A stretch of DNA of 64,000 nt, taken from Desulfatiglandales bacterium (GTDB taxonomy: Bacteria; Desulfobacterota; DSM-4660; Desulfatiglandales; Desulfatiglandaceae). The notes beneath the pieces were generated by a model. It was not told the DNA's origin. It was given only the letters and a program-made list of their open reading frames with translations, and did not search any database. A program made the position numbers and the translations under genes. The stretch spans positions 2,560,001-2,624,000 of the forward strand of contig OY762721.1 of NCBI GenBank assembly GCA_963666345.1. The letters are read 5' to 3'. Shown here piece after piece: positions 48,675-58,435 of this stretch. Positions within the stretch are counted from its first letter, which is position 1, and each line of letters starts with the position of its first letter.

Positions 48675-48983
48675 TCATGTGCTTATTTCAAAATCCGTTT
48701 TTTCCTGTACGCTTTTTATCTTGTTTTTGAGCGCACCCTTCACCCCTTTTCTGATGTCAAATTTTACTGAAAGACTTATCCTGTCGGAGTCCTTCTCAAG
48801 GTTTCTGTAACATCTTGTGAGAAGAGCCAGAAGTTCGTCCCAGTCACCCTCCACGACAGTTCCCATGGGGTTCAGTCTGTAGTCCAGGCCGCTGTCCTTT
48901 ATTATGGAAACAGTGCCTGCAACATACTTGCTGAAGCTGGAGCCCTTATCAAGTGGAATCAGTGTGAATTCCATTAAACCCAT
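48675..48983 (-). CDS. MTH1187-family thiamine-binding protein
   Basis: IPLDKGSSFSKYVA, SGLDYRLNPMGTVVEG. Confidence 0.88.
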   Translation of the reverse strand: MGLMEFTLIPLDKGSSFSKYVAGTVSIIKDSGLDYRLNPMGTVVEGDWDELLALLTRCYRNLEKDSDRISLSVKFDIRKGVKGALKNKIKSVQEKTDFEIST

Positions 48984-49239
48984 TTTGTTTCTCCTTTCTG
49001 TTCCGGTTACTTGTTTTCAGGAGGCTATGTATACTCCATCGGGCATAAGAAGAAAAGTCCTGAAACCGGTTTTTTATGGCCCGGGAATTAATATCCGAGA
49101 ATGCTTCAATAAAAGATGACATCCGAGCCATGATTTTCAGGGTCTGACGGAAAAATGGCATCTTGCTCTTGCTTTTGCTTGTCAAGGCATTAACTTTCTA
49201 TTTTTACTACTTAATTACGCATTCGCCGGGGGTCATTTT

Positions 49240-50157
49240 ATGATAAGTCTTTCTCAGTTAGAAGACATAAAACTGGTCACCATCCCAAGGTTTCAGGAGT
49301 TTATCGCAAGATTTTTTCTTGGGCCGAATTACAATTTCTTTTCAAAAGTGGATATACAAATAAGAGGGATTGAAAATATACCCAGGGACAGGACCGTCAT
49401 TTTCGCCATGAACCATACCGACAGGTACAACTACTGGCCATTTCAATATAAGTTATGGAGCTTAAGGGATTATCATTTCACCACGGTGTGGGTAAAGGCC
49501 GATTATTACAGAAACAGATTCCTTGCCGGGACACTTGATTTATGTAACATGATTCCCGTTCCAAACAGAAAATACCTGATACAGGAATATTTTACAGAGC
49601 GATTCGGAAGAAGAATGAAAAATGCGGAATACAACGCCCTAAAGGCAGGTGCTGAATCGGAAAGTGAGATTTCATCGACCACAAAAGAGATCTCGGCTCT
49701 GATTCGTGAAAATTTTATGAATTTTATTGCGGAGCGTTATAATGGCCTGATGGAAAAGGTCGCCCATCTGAGCAGAGAGGCCCTGCTTTTAAAGAACCTG
49801 AATCTCATTATTTTCCCTGAAGGCACAAGGTCCACAAGGCTTGGCTCCGGCAGGACCGGACTGGCTCAACTGGCCCTTGATACCGGGGCGCCTATCGTTC
49901 CCGTGGGGTGCAGTAACTGTCACAGGGTATATCCCGGGACCCTGCCCTTTGCAAGGAGCGGCAAGGTGGAATACCGGGTGGGCGAACCGCTTACCTTTGA
50001 AGGGGCCTTGAGCAATTACAGGATAGATGAGGGGTTCGACCTTTTTTCAGATGATTCAAGGGAAAGGTACAGGGAAAACTTCGAGTCCGTGACCGATCTC
50101 GTAATGCAGGCGATCAAGGGCCTTATTGATGAGGAACACAGAGACCGGGACGATTGA
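49240..50157 (+). CDS. Lysophospholipid acyltransferase family protein
   Basis: IFAMNH, IFPEGTRS, APIVPVG, VGEP. Confidence 0.8.
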   Translation: MISLSQLEDIKLVTIPRFQEFIARFFLGPNYNFFSKVDIQIRGIENIPRDRTVIFAMNHTDRYNYWPFQYKLWSLRDYHFTTVWVKADYYRNRFLAGTLDLCNMIPVPNRKYLIQEYFTERFGRRMKNAEYNALKAGAESESEISSTTKEISALIRENFMNFIAERYNGLMEKVAHLSREALLLKNLNLIIFPEGTRSTRLGSGRTGLAQLALDTGAPIVPVGCSNCHRVYPGTLPFARSGKVEYRVGEPLTFEGALSNYRIDEGFDLFSDDSRERYRENFESVTDLVMQAIKGLIDEEHRDRDD

Positions 50158-50175
50158 ATATGCTCACAAGCATAG

Positions 50176-50919
50176 TCAACCGCCGAATGTGTCGGCGATC
50201 TGCTTTGCAATAAGACCTTTTACCTCTTTTTCACATTCTTTCCACTCAAGTTTCTTTTTTTCCGCTGTAATCTTAAACGTTGTCTCTATCTGTTTGTAAT
50301 TACTGCTGTCATTTATGTCCTGGCTCACTGTGGAGGAAGTCCCCTGTTTCAGCTCGGTTCTGGTCTCAGTAATTATGGGGGTGGCCCTTTTTTCAAGGAT
50401 TCTCAGGATTCCGTCCATTTCCAGCCTTCCCACCTTGACCAGACTGCTGGTCAGATCGGCCAGCGCCCCTGCCGCCACTCCGATGGCGGCTCCGGCGACT
50501 GCTGCGCCGGTGCCTTTTTGAGCACCTATAACCCCTCCTGCCACACCACCTACCACCGCCCCTGAATCAGGACTTCCCATGATTTCCCTGGCGGTTTTTT
50601 CACTGAAATTGCTTGTTATTACAACCTGGGCAATATATCTTGCCTCCCGGGGACGGACAATATTATAGCCCTTTTGCCTCAGGTCGTTTCGCACCTGATT
50701 CCATACCTCATCGCCTACCTCGAACCTTGACTGGTCCCTGATTTGAACCGCCACATCGTCTCCAGGCTCCGCCATCAGAAAGATCGGATCCGGATTGATG
50801 ACGTTTATGCGAAGGTCCTTGTACTCTATCTCCGTTCTGGCCGCATCCATCATGGAGCAGCCGCTCAGGCAGGCAAGAAACAGACAGGCAAGTGCCACGG
50901 CACTGATAATATATTTCAT
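50176..50919 (-). CDS. TraT-like complement-resistance lipoprotein
   Basis: Lipobox LSGC, IFL, KGY, glycine zipper, LKQGTS. Confidence 0.72.
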   Translation of the reverse strand: MKYIISAVALACLFLACLSGCSMMDAARTEIEYKDLRINVINPDPIFLMAEPGDDVAVQIRDQSRFEVGDEVWNQVRNDLRQKGYNIVRPREARYIAQVVITSNFSEKTAREIMGSPDSGAVVGGVAGGVIGAQKGTGAAVAGAAIGVAAGALADLTSSLVKVGRLEMDGILRILEKRATPIITETRTELKQGTSSTVSQDINDSSNYKQIETTFKITAEKKKLEWKECEKEVKGLIAKQIADTFGG

Positions 50920-50945
50920 GTCATTTTCTTCACTTTCTTTAAAGA

Positions 50946-52310
50946 CTAAGTTTTTTCAATCTCTTTTGAGATCGCCTCTCTTTTGAGTATATCATAATAA
51001 GTTAGTATCCTGTTTACATATCTTACCGGCTCGGTCCCCCTGCAGTATCCGTATCTGGTGCCGGTGTAATATCCGGGGTAGCTCAAAAGCGGCAGGATTT
51101 CCTCCATGGATGCCCAGTTATAAGGGTTGAGCCCTTTTTCCGTGGCGATTTTCTGTGCATCCCTTATATGTCCATGCCCTACATTGTAACTTGCAAGTGC
51201 AATAAGGAGTCTGTCCGGGTCCTGTGCCTTTTCGTAGCGGTCATAAAGTTTTCTAAGATAGTCGACTCCTGCCGTTATGCTCTGATCCGGATCTTTACGA
51301 TCCTCTATCCCCATCTCTTCGGCTGTTTTGCGGGTGAGCTGCATAATACCCTTTACCCCTGTATGGCTTTCCGCCTCCGGGTCGAGGTGGGATTCCTGAT
51401 ACGCAACCGCCGCAATCAGCCTCCAGTCAAACCGGTTCCTGCCGGATGCCTCCTTTATAGCCTCTTTATACCTTGGCAGCCTGGTATCCAGCCTTTGATG
51501 ATATTTTTTCAGGTCAAAGTAGTCGAAGATTTCAACATTATTGTAATATTTTTCATAGATCGCGGCAAAGGTCCCGTCTTTTTTTATCTTTTCAAAGAAC
51601 CTGTTTATCTCATCCAACAATTCCACGTTGCTTTTGTCGACCGCCCAGCCGAGAGATTGAACCTCTTCGAGCGGGAAGGCTATGCGAATGTCGGGATAGT
51701 AACGGCGATTCAAAAGGGCCACATTGGAATCCGCTACGGTTATATCTATCTCCTTATCAGCCACCATTCTTATCAACTCTTCGGTGGGGATGTCATCATA
51801 GAGCCTTATGTTTATGTCAAGACCCTGCCGCCTGAGTTGATTAAGCCTTTCTTCGTATGACGTACCCCTTCTGACGCATATGGTTTTTCCGGAAAGGTCC
51901 TTAATCGATACTGTATTGTAATCGGCGGCATTAACTATTACCTGTTGCTGCACTGTGAGGTATTCCCGGGAAAAATTTACATGCATTGCCCGTGACGGCA
52001 GAACGCTCATGCTGGCGGCAATGAAATCGGCCTCGCCCTGTTTAAGGGAAGGGATTAGGTCCGTCCAGGAAGTGCTTTTGATCCTCAGTTCCACCCCAAG
52101 GTGCCTGCTGAACGCCAGCGCGAGGTCATACTCAAAACCCATAGGCTCTTCCCTGTAATAGTAATAGGAGTGGGCATTATTCCTGGTGAGCATTGTTATC
52201 TCGCCGGAGTCTTTAATCCTCACCAAGGCCCCTTCTCTTGAACATGAACAGGGTATGAGCATAATGATCAGGATAAGCAAATGTATCCTGATAAAAAGAC
52301 CTGACTTCAT
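50946..52310 (-). CDS. mltF: Membrane-bound lytic murein transglycosylase F
   Basis: SBP domain (GFEYDLA..F), DWRLIAAVAYQESH, GIMQLT, LASYNVG.GH, GYCRGTEPVRYV. Confidence 0.92.
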   Translation of the reverse strand: MKSGLFIRIHLLILIIMLIPCSCSREGALVRIKDSGEITMLTRNNAHSYYYYREEPMGFEYDLALAFSRHLGVELRIKSTSWTDLIPSLKQGEADFIAASMSVLPSRAMHVNFSREYLTVQQQVIVNAADYNTVSIKDLSGKTICVRRGTSYEERLNQLRRQGLDINIRLYDDIPTEELIRMVADKEIDITVADSNVALLNRRYYPDIRIAFPLEEVQSLGWAVDKSNVELLDEINRFFEKIKKDGTFAAIYEKYYNNVEIFDYFDLKKYHQRLDTRLPRYKEAIKEASGRNRFDWRLIAAVAYQESHLDPEAESHTGVKGIMQLTRKTAEEMGIEDRKDPDQSITAGVDYLRKLYDRYEKAQDPDRLLIALASYNVGHGHIRDAQKIATEKGLNPYNWASMEEILPLLSYPGYYTGTRYGYCRGTEPVRYVNRILTYYDILKREAISKEIEKT

Positions 52311-52415
52311 GGTTCTCTCCGATATACTTCTGTTTCCCCTTTTTTGCTCTAAAAACAGCTCAATAAAAAGAAATAATCTATATCCTAAAAAGATTAAGTC
52401 AATGGCCCCATAAAA

Positions 52416-52462
52416 GAAAGGCTCAAGTTGCCATTTTGATGGCTGCTCCTTGAGCCTTTTTT
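52416..52462 (-). terminator. Terminator downstream of GcvH-like gene
   Basis: AAAGGCTCAAG...CTTGAGCCTTTT. Confidence 0.7.
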
Positions 52463-52532
52463 TATGAATATGGCTTTTTAAATTTTTTGGACACCCTTCC
52501 ATTTTAGATGAGAAAGGGTATCTTGAGGGCTT

Positions 52533-53462
52533 TTAGCTCCTGAAGAAGACCTTTACGAATTCAGACCAGTTTTCACCATCAAGTTCTGAAAAAATGTCAT
52601 CCACAGAAACACCACCATCCGCTGCCAGGCTGAGATCTTTATTTGCTTGGTTAAAAAGCCTTTCCTTCTCTTCTTTTAGGAAGGCTTTCGCATTTTCCCC
52701 AAAATAGAGGCCCTTGAGGTTTTTACGCAAAGAAGCAGGTTCGACTATGAACAGCCACCCTTCTCCGTAAGGGGATTTATTCACCAACTCGCTTTGCTCG
52801 GCTATCTTTTCATTTACACGGACAACTAAACCATCAATAGGTGACAAAACCTGTGCCGTGTCACCATTTTTTCTTATAGTGAACGCTGTCTTGCCCTGTG
52901 AAAGACTTTGGCCTGTATTGGGGAGCTCAATTCGACTCGGTTTTTTGAAGAATCTCTGAGCAAAATCATCAAGCCCTACTCTGACACGCCCTCCGTATTC
53001 CGGCCTTGCCCAGGTATGGCCCTCGTGGTAGTAAAAGTCTTCAGCAATTCCAAAACCTGCTGCTTCACCGGTTGTTTTGGCCGGTAGTTCATCTGTCTGT
53101 ACTCTTTCCTGCATCATCTGGTCGAAGGCGCAGTTACCGCACTCATAGGAATTAGGGCAGAGTTTCCGGACAACCTCCCCGGTTATCATGTAGCGGCATT
53201 TACGCTGGGATGAGGGTAGCTGCATCATCTTTTCAACCCATGAAGCAGGGATTTGATCAGCAGCTTTTTGATCCGGTGCCGCAAGGGCTGCTTCTTTTTG
53301 GCGGGCAACTTTTAACTGCATCGCCTGATCGTAGACGCAGGTCGAACAGTCGTAATTATTGTCACATAGTTTGTATGATACAACCCCTGCCTCCATCCAG
53401 ATGCATCTTTTTTTACCGGGGGGCACTATTTTCATTGAATCTTTTCTAATATTTTTCCCCAT
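52533..53462 (-). CDS. GcvH-like protein with two N-terminal Cys4 repeats, lacking the lipoyl-Lys
   Basis: YYHEGHTW, RVGLDDFAQ, SPIDG.V..VN, SPYGEGW; two C-x12-C-x5-C-x2-C repeats. Confidence 0.85.
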   Translation of the reverse strand: MGKNIRKDSMKIVPPGKKRCIWMEAGVVSYKLCDNNYDCSTCVYDQAMQLKVARQKEAALAAPDQKAADQIPASWVEKMMQLPSSQRKCRYMITGEVVRKLCPNSYECGNCAFDQMMQERVQTDELPAKTTGEAAGFGIAEDFYYHEGHTWARPEYGGRVRVGLDDFAQRFFKKPSRIELPNTGQSLSQGKTAFTIRKNGDTAQVLSPIDGLVVRVNEKIAEQSELVNKSPYGEGWLFIVEPASLRKNLKGLYFGENAKAFLKEEKERLFNQANKDLSLAADGGVSVDDIFSELDGENWSEFVKVFFRS

Positions 53463-53594
53463 GACTATTTCTCCTTGCAAATACTTTTTTTGAGTTTGGA
53501 TATTCAATGGTTTTTAAAAAATTTGATATGGCTTCTCGGGTTGTCGTACCCTTTTTGAGGCCTTCTCGGTTACACAGATTCTGTAGATTTAAGA

Positions 53595-53610
53595 AGCAAG
53601 AAAAATGCCA
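53595..53610 (-). promoter_or_regulatory. Sigma54 -24/-12 promoter of GcvH-like gene
   Basis: Minus strand TGGCAT-TTTTC-TTGCT. Confidence 0.85.
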
Positions 53611-53707
53611 CTTTTTCATGAAAGTGTAATTTCTTTGTAACCAGATGATTTATCATGGAATTTTTTTAAATCGGCGAAATGACCCTTTTCAAGAAAGTCC
53701 TCCACTC

Positions 53708-53823
53708 TGTTGGAAAATTAGGCATTTGTTATAATTTAAGGCCATCAATAAGTTGTAACACCTTAATATTCGGTCTGTTATAAAATGTGTCAAAAAATAC
53801 GGCATATGTCTAATAACTAGGCA
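53708..53823. promoter_or_regulatory. Three 17-bp putative enhancer (UAS) sites
   Basis: TGTTGGAAAATTAGGCA (53708), TGTCAAAAAATACGGCA (53788), TGTCTAATAACTAGGCA (53807). Confidence 0.65.
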
Positions 53824-53853
53824 TTCTTTCTCATGTTTTATAAATGAGGTTGT

Positions 53854-54417
53854 CTATAAGGATGAGGTCTTAAGGTGCCACTGGAAGAGGTCCCGACAGG
53901 TAGGACAAAAGGCAAACCCTTTACGGTCCGTATCCTTTATGAGTGAAGAGGAGTACATTACACATCGCCTGTCTCTGCAGTGTGTGAGGCCGAAACAGTG
54001 ACCCAATTCATGCAATGCGGTTTTCTTTACCCTGGACATGAAAAGGCCTGGGTCAGGGGGAAGGTCATAAAACTGTGGACGCAGACGAAAAAGAGAAATG
54101 ACTGAACATTTTCCTCCCATCTGGGCCAGACCGAAAATATATTTGAAGATCGGTACATACAGATCCAGATAGGTGACGCCGATTATCCTTAAGGCCTCAT
54201 GGGGGCAGCATTTCAAGAGATAGGGAAGAATCAGTTTTGAGTTGTATTGATCCCTTTCCCTGTTGTATGCATGATAAGGGCACTGTGCTGTATCGGCGAT
54301 AATACATCCGGTGCCGCATTGAGTATCAATGCAATGGGCAATACAGGTAAGGATATCTTCTTCGACAAAACCGATGGGGCAGATCGTAACGCAATCTGAA
54401 TAATTGATCCGGGACAC
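53854..54417 (-). CDS. Archaemetzincin-family Zn metalloprotease
   Basis: HELGHCFGLTHC-x4-CVM...FCPTC. Confidence 0.9.
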   Translation of the reverse strand: MSRINYSDCVTICPIGFVEEDILTCIAHCIDTQCGTGCIIADTAQCPYHAYNRERDQYNSKLILPYLLKCCPHEALRIIGVTYLDLYVPIFKYIFGLAQMGGKCSVISLFRLRPQFYDLPPDPGLFMSRVKKTALHELGHCFGLTHCRDRRCVMYSSSLIKDTDRKGFAFCPTCRDLFQWHLKTSSL

Positions 54418-54494
54418 CCCCTTTTTAAATGTTTCCGCCCTGTTTACCGCCTAGAGTCATATATGAAAATTTGGATGTCGGTGGCAGACTATCT

Positions 54495-55838
54495 TTACAC
54501 CCTTACGATTTGATATTTACTAAGCTTGTTGTAAAGCGTCTGTCGGTCGATGCCCAACTCACGGGCGGTAAGGCTGATATTCCAGTTGTTTTCATTGAGT
54601 ATTCTCTCGATATGCATTTTTTCCATCATTTTAAGGGATTTTGGCAACTCCCCCTGCCCGATATCCTTCCTAGAAAAGGGCAGGTCTTCGATGCTAATCT
54701 CGTTACCCCTTCCGATCACCAGGGCGCGTTCAATGATGTTCTCAAGCTCCCTGACATTTCCGGGCCAGTCATATTCGGTTAACAGCTTCAGGGCGGAAGG
54801 TGCGACCTTCAGCATCTCTTTATTCATCTCCAGACAGTATTTGTGGATAAAGGCTTCTACCAGCATAGGTATATCTTCCCGCCTTTCTCTCAAGGGAGGA
54901 ACGTGAATGGTAATTACATTAAGGCGATAGAACAGGTCTTCTCTGAATTTGTTTTCCTTGATGGCATTTTGAAGATTACGATTGGTTGCAGCCAGTATAC
55001 GCACATCCACCTTTATCTGATTTTCACCCCCCAGGCGTCTGAATTCCTTTGTCTGCAATATCCTCAAAAGATCCACCTGGGTTTTAAGGCTTATATCGCC
55101 TATTTCATCCAAAAACAGTGTCCCCTGGTCGGCCATTTCGAATCGGCCCTTTTTGGTATGCTCCGCTCCTGTAAAGGCACCTTTTTCATAACCGAATAGT
55201 TCACTTTCAAGTAGCGAATCGGGTAATGCTCCGCAACTTACTGCAATAAAAGGCATATAACAGCGTTGGCTGTTTCCATGGATGGCCTCCGCGATCAATT
55301 CCTTGCCTGTGCCGCTTTCACCCGTGATAAGAATCGTTGATTCGGTAGGCGCAACCTTATCGATCAGCTCAAAAATTTCCTGCATGGCATCGCTTCTTCC
55401 GATTATCTCATCGTACCTGTATTTTTCTTCCAGCTGCCTTCTCAGAAGGATGTTTTCGAGAATCAGTTCCTTATGGGCGACAATCTTTTTGACCTGCAGC
55501 TCTATTTCATCAGGATCAAAGGGTTTCACGAGATAATCAAAGGCCCCTTCTTTCATTGCCTTGACAGCCGTATCTACTGTTGCATAGGCGGTCATCATCA
55601 GCACTTCGGTTTCCCGGTTTATCTCCTTGAGCCTCTTGAGTGTCTCAAGGCCATCCATGCCAGGCATCTTAAGATCAAGCAATACGACATCCCACTTGTT
55701 TCCCCGGGCAACAGCTATAGCTTCCTCCCCACTTGAGGCAATCCCCACCTCATAGCCATCTTCCATGAGCCAATCCTTTAGGGAACCCCTTACGGAGGCT
55801 TCATCATCAACGACAAGAATTTTGGGATTTTTGGCCAT
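54495..55838 (-). CDS. Sigma54-dependent response regulator (NtrC/AtoC type)
   Basis: REC (VVDDE, DLKMPG), GESGTGKE, GAFTGA, WPGNVREL, Fis HTH. Confidence 0.95.
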   Translation of the reverse strand: MAKNPKILVVDDEASVRGSLKDWLMEDGYEVGIASSGEEAIAVARGNKWDVVLLDLKMPGMDGLETLKRLKEINRETEVLMMTAYATVDTAVKAMKEGAFDYLVKPFDPDEIELQVKKIVAHKELILENILLRRQLEEKYRYDEIIGRSDAMQEIFELIDKVAPTESTILITGESGTGKELIAEAIHGNSQRCYMPFIAVSCGALPDSLLESELFGYEKGAFTGAEHTKKGRFEMADQGTLFLDEIGDISLKTQVDLLRILQTKEFRRLGGENQIKVDVRILAATNRNLQNAIKENKFREDLFYRLNVITIHVPPLRERREDIPMLVEAFIHKYCLEMNKEMLKVAPSALKLLTEYDWPGNVRELENIIERALVIGRGNEISIEDLPFSRKDIGQGELPKSLKMMEKMHIERILNENNWNISLTARELGIDRQTLYNKLSKYQIVRV

Positions 55839-56013
55839 TCTATTTTCACCTCCGATATCGCTTTTCCCGCAATGCCATTTCTTATGCCGGCCGGGAATTG
55901 CCCGAAAAGGCAGAGTTTCTAATTGAATTTTTCACTGCCCATGCATAAATACTTATTGATCCCGCTTGGTGAGAATCAAAAAGTTTTTGACGGCTACGGT
56001 TGATACACACTTT

Positions 56014-58080
56014 TTATTCTGCCACAGGCAGTCTGACAGTAAAGTCAGTTCCTTTTTCAGGGGAGCTTTCCACCGTGATGGCGCCATTGTGATATGTGAT
56101 AATCCCGTACACTACAGACAGGCCCAATCCGACCCCCTTACCCTCTTCCTTGGTCGTAAAAAAGGGCTCAAAGATGTTTTCAAGATCTTTTGCGGAGATA
56201 CCGCAGCCGGTGTCCGAAATCATTATTTCGAGGAAGTCGTTGTCTTTAGAGGGCCTCACATCCAGTGTGATGGTTCCCCCATGCGGCATAGCCTCCGAGG
56301 CGTTACTTATCAGGTTCAGAAAGGCCTGCTGCAACTGCTTGAAATCGCATTTCACCTTTGGCAGGTCTTTTTCAAAATTTTTGACAAGTTTGATTTTTTT
56401 CATCTCGAGATCGTGTGAAATAATGGCGATTGTTTTTTCTAGGATACCGTTAATGCTCTGTATTTCAAATGAAATGGGAGAGCGGCGGGAAAAGGCGAGA
56501 AGATTTTTCACAATTTCACCACACCTGGTTATCTCCGATTCCATGGTTTCCAGATACCGTGATATATCCTCGATCCTTTCAGGGGTAAACATGCCGCGAT
56601 CCAGGAGTTTCATCATTAATCGGAGATAGGTCAATACAGCGGTCAGAGGATTGTTTATTTCGTGGGCAATGGTGGCTGCCAATTTCCCCAGGGACGCCAG
56701 TTTTTCTGTACGGATGATCTGCTCTTTGGCCTTTTTCAGCTCATGATAGGCGGTTTTGAGATTTTCATACAGGTTCGCGTTATCCACCGCAACCCCTATC
56801 TGATTGCCGATTGCTGCGAGAAATTCCAGGTATTCAGGCGAAAATTTGAAGATATGGCTCGAGACACACATGACTCCCACTGATTTGCCTTTTGAGACAA
56901 GAGGGATATAGGCGGTAGACATAAGGCCCTCTCTCAGAAGAGCTTCCTTGTGTGGACTTTCCGCCTGAAGAAGGTTATCCATTATTTTCGTCTCTCCCGT
57001 GAGCACAGTCCCTCCGAGGAACCCTACCCCAACCTCACGGCTCTTGATGAAATCCTTGGCCACAAATTCCTCTGATAACCCCTTTTGCGCAAACAAGTTG
57101 AGGGTTTTCTTCCGTCTGTCCAGGAGGTAAATCCTGACGCTTTGAGATTCGGTGATTTCCAGAACTTTATCGACAGTGCTGCGAAGGACCTCGTCCAGTT
57201 TAAGAGAACTGCTAACCTCCATGGAGATTGAATTTAGGGTGGCGAGCCTTGCATTCTGCCTCTCTATCTGAAGCTGGAATTTTTTTCTCCCGGTAATGTC
57301 CCTAATGATGGTTACATAACCGCTGATATGTCCCTTTGCATCCAAAATAACATTTGAAGACAACAGCGCGTCAAATATGCGTGATCCTTTTCCTGAGAGC
57401 CTTGCTTCGAATTCTTTGACCACCCCGTTGCGAAGGGACATCTCTCGAAAACGTTTGAGATCCTTCTTTCTGACAAAAAGGGATCCACTGGAGTGAAGGG
57501 AAAGAATCTCCTCTTTGCTATTAAAACCAAGTAATTCGATTCCTGCGCTGTTGATATCAATAATCTTTTCCAAAGAATCGATCAGGATGATAGAATCACG
57601 GGATCTTTCAAAGATGGTCCTGTATCTTTCCTCAGATTTTTCCAGTTCCTTCAGGCGTGAAAAAAGAATTTGTTCTATGTTGTTTGTTGCCTTTTTTAGT
57701 TCCTGCTGTAAGTGCTTTTTCTGAGAAAGGTCTGTTGCAGTTTCAAGAGCGAACAGGATATCCCCCCTGTCATCTCTGACCGGAGTGGATTTAATGAGCA
57801 TTTTAGCCCTTCTGCCGTCTCTCATTTTTACGAATTCTTCATCCCAGTGCACTTTGCCGTCTTTAAAGGATTTTTTCACAGGGCATTTCTCACACCTTTT
57901 TCCCCGCTTTTTCCAAACGCTGTAGCAATAACTGTCAGGCTCGATTCCGAATTCATTTTTGAAAAGGTTATTCGCCATAATTATCCGGAAGTCTTTGTTG
58001 ATGGCTATCACGTAATCGGTAACACTCTCAACGAGCGCCTGGTATTCCTTCCTCCCGTCTGTTTTATCACCGATTTCCAT
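56014..58080 (-). CDS. Cytoplasmic PAS-PAS-GAF histidine kinase
   Basis: No TM; first PAS has CY...CEKCP; AHEINNPL, NLISNA, DTGCG, PFFTTK, GLGL. Confidence 0.93.
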   Translation of the reverse strand: MEIGDKTDGRKEYQALVESVTDYVIAINKDFRIIMANNLFKNEFGIEPDSYCYSVWKKRGKRCEKCPVKKSFKDGKVHWDEEFVKMRDGRRAKMLIKSTPVRDDRGDILFALETATDLSQKKHLQQELKKATNNIEQILFSRLKELEKSEERYRTIFERSRDSIILIDSLEKIIDINSAGIELLGFNSKEEILSLHSSGSLFVRKKDLKRFREMSLRNGVVKEFEARLSGKGSRIFDALLSSNVILDAKGHISGYVTIIRDITGRKKFQLQIERQNARLATLNSISMEVSSSLKLDEVLRSTVDKVLEITESQSVRIYLLDRRKKTLNLFAQKGLSEEFVAKDFIKSREVGVGFLGGTVLTGETKIMDNLLQAESPHKEALLREGLMSTAYIPLVSKGKSVGVMCVSSHIFKFSPEYLEFLAAIGNQIGVAVDNANLYENLKTAYHELKKAKEQIIRTEKLASLGKLAATIAHEINNPLTAVLTYLRLMMKLLDRGMFTPERIEDISRYLETMESEITRCGEIVKNLLAFSRRSPISFEIQSINGILEKTIAIISHDLEMKKIKLVKNFEKDLPKVKCDFKQLQQAFLNLISNASEAMPHGGTITLDVRPSKDNDFLEIMISDTGCGISAKDLENIFEPFFTTKEEGKGVGLGLSVVYGIITYHNGAITVESSPEKGTDFTVRLPVAE

Positions 58081-58317
58081 GTTTTATTCTTGAATTTGTC
58101 GAAAGGACTCTCTTATAAAAAAGAGTTTTGAGTTAACGAAGTATTAAGAATCGTATCTGATTTTGATAAATGAGCCTTTAAAAAAAACATCATTATTGCT
58201 GAAATTACAGCACAAAAGACATGGATGATCAAGCAGATAAACTTGTTCTACGGCAACTCGGATGGGAACGATCTCGGCGGTTAAGGGAACGGCCTTTGAT
58301 GAAAGGGAAATAGCCTC

Positions 58318-58347
58318 TTGACAAAAAGGGAAGATTGCTAGTATAAA
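58318..58347 (+). promoter_or_regulatory. Sigma70 promoter for hdr operon
   Basis: TTGACA-N18-TATAAA. Confidence 0.5.
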
Positions 58348-58435
58348 CGTATGTTTTTATAACTATTTTATTATTTTTTCAGTAAGTTAAATCACATAGA
58401 TCACAAGCAAATGTTGCATATGATAGGAGGCACCA

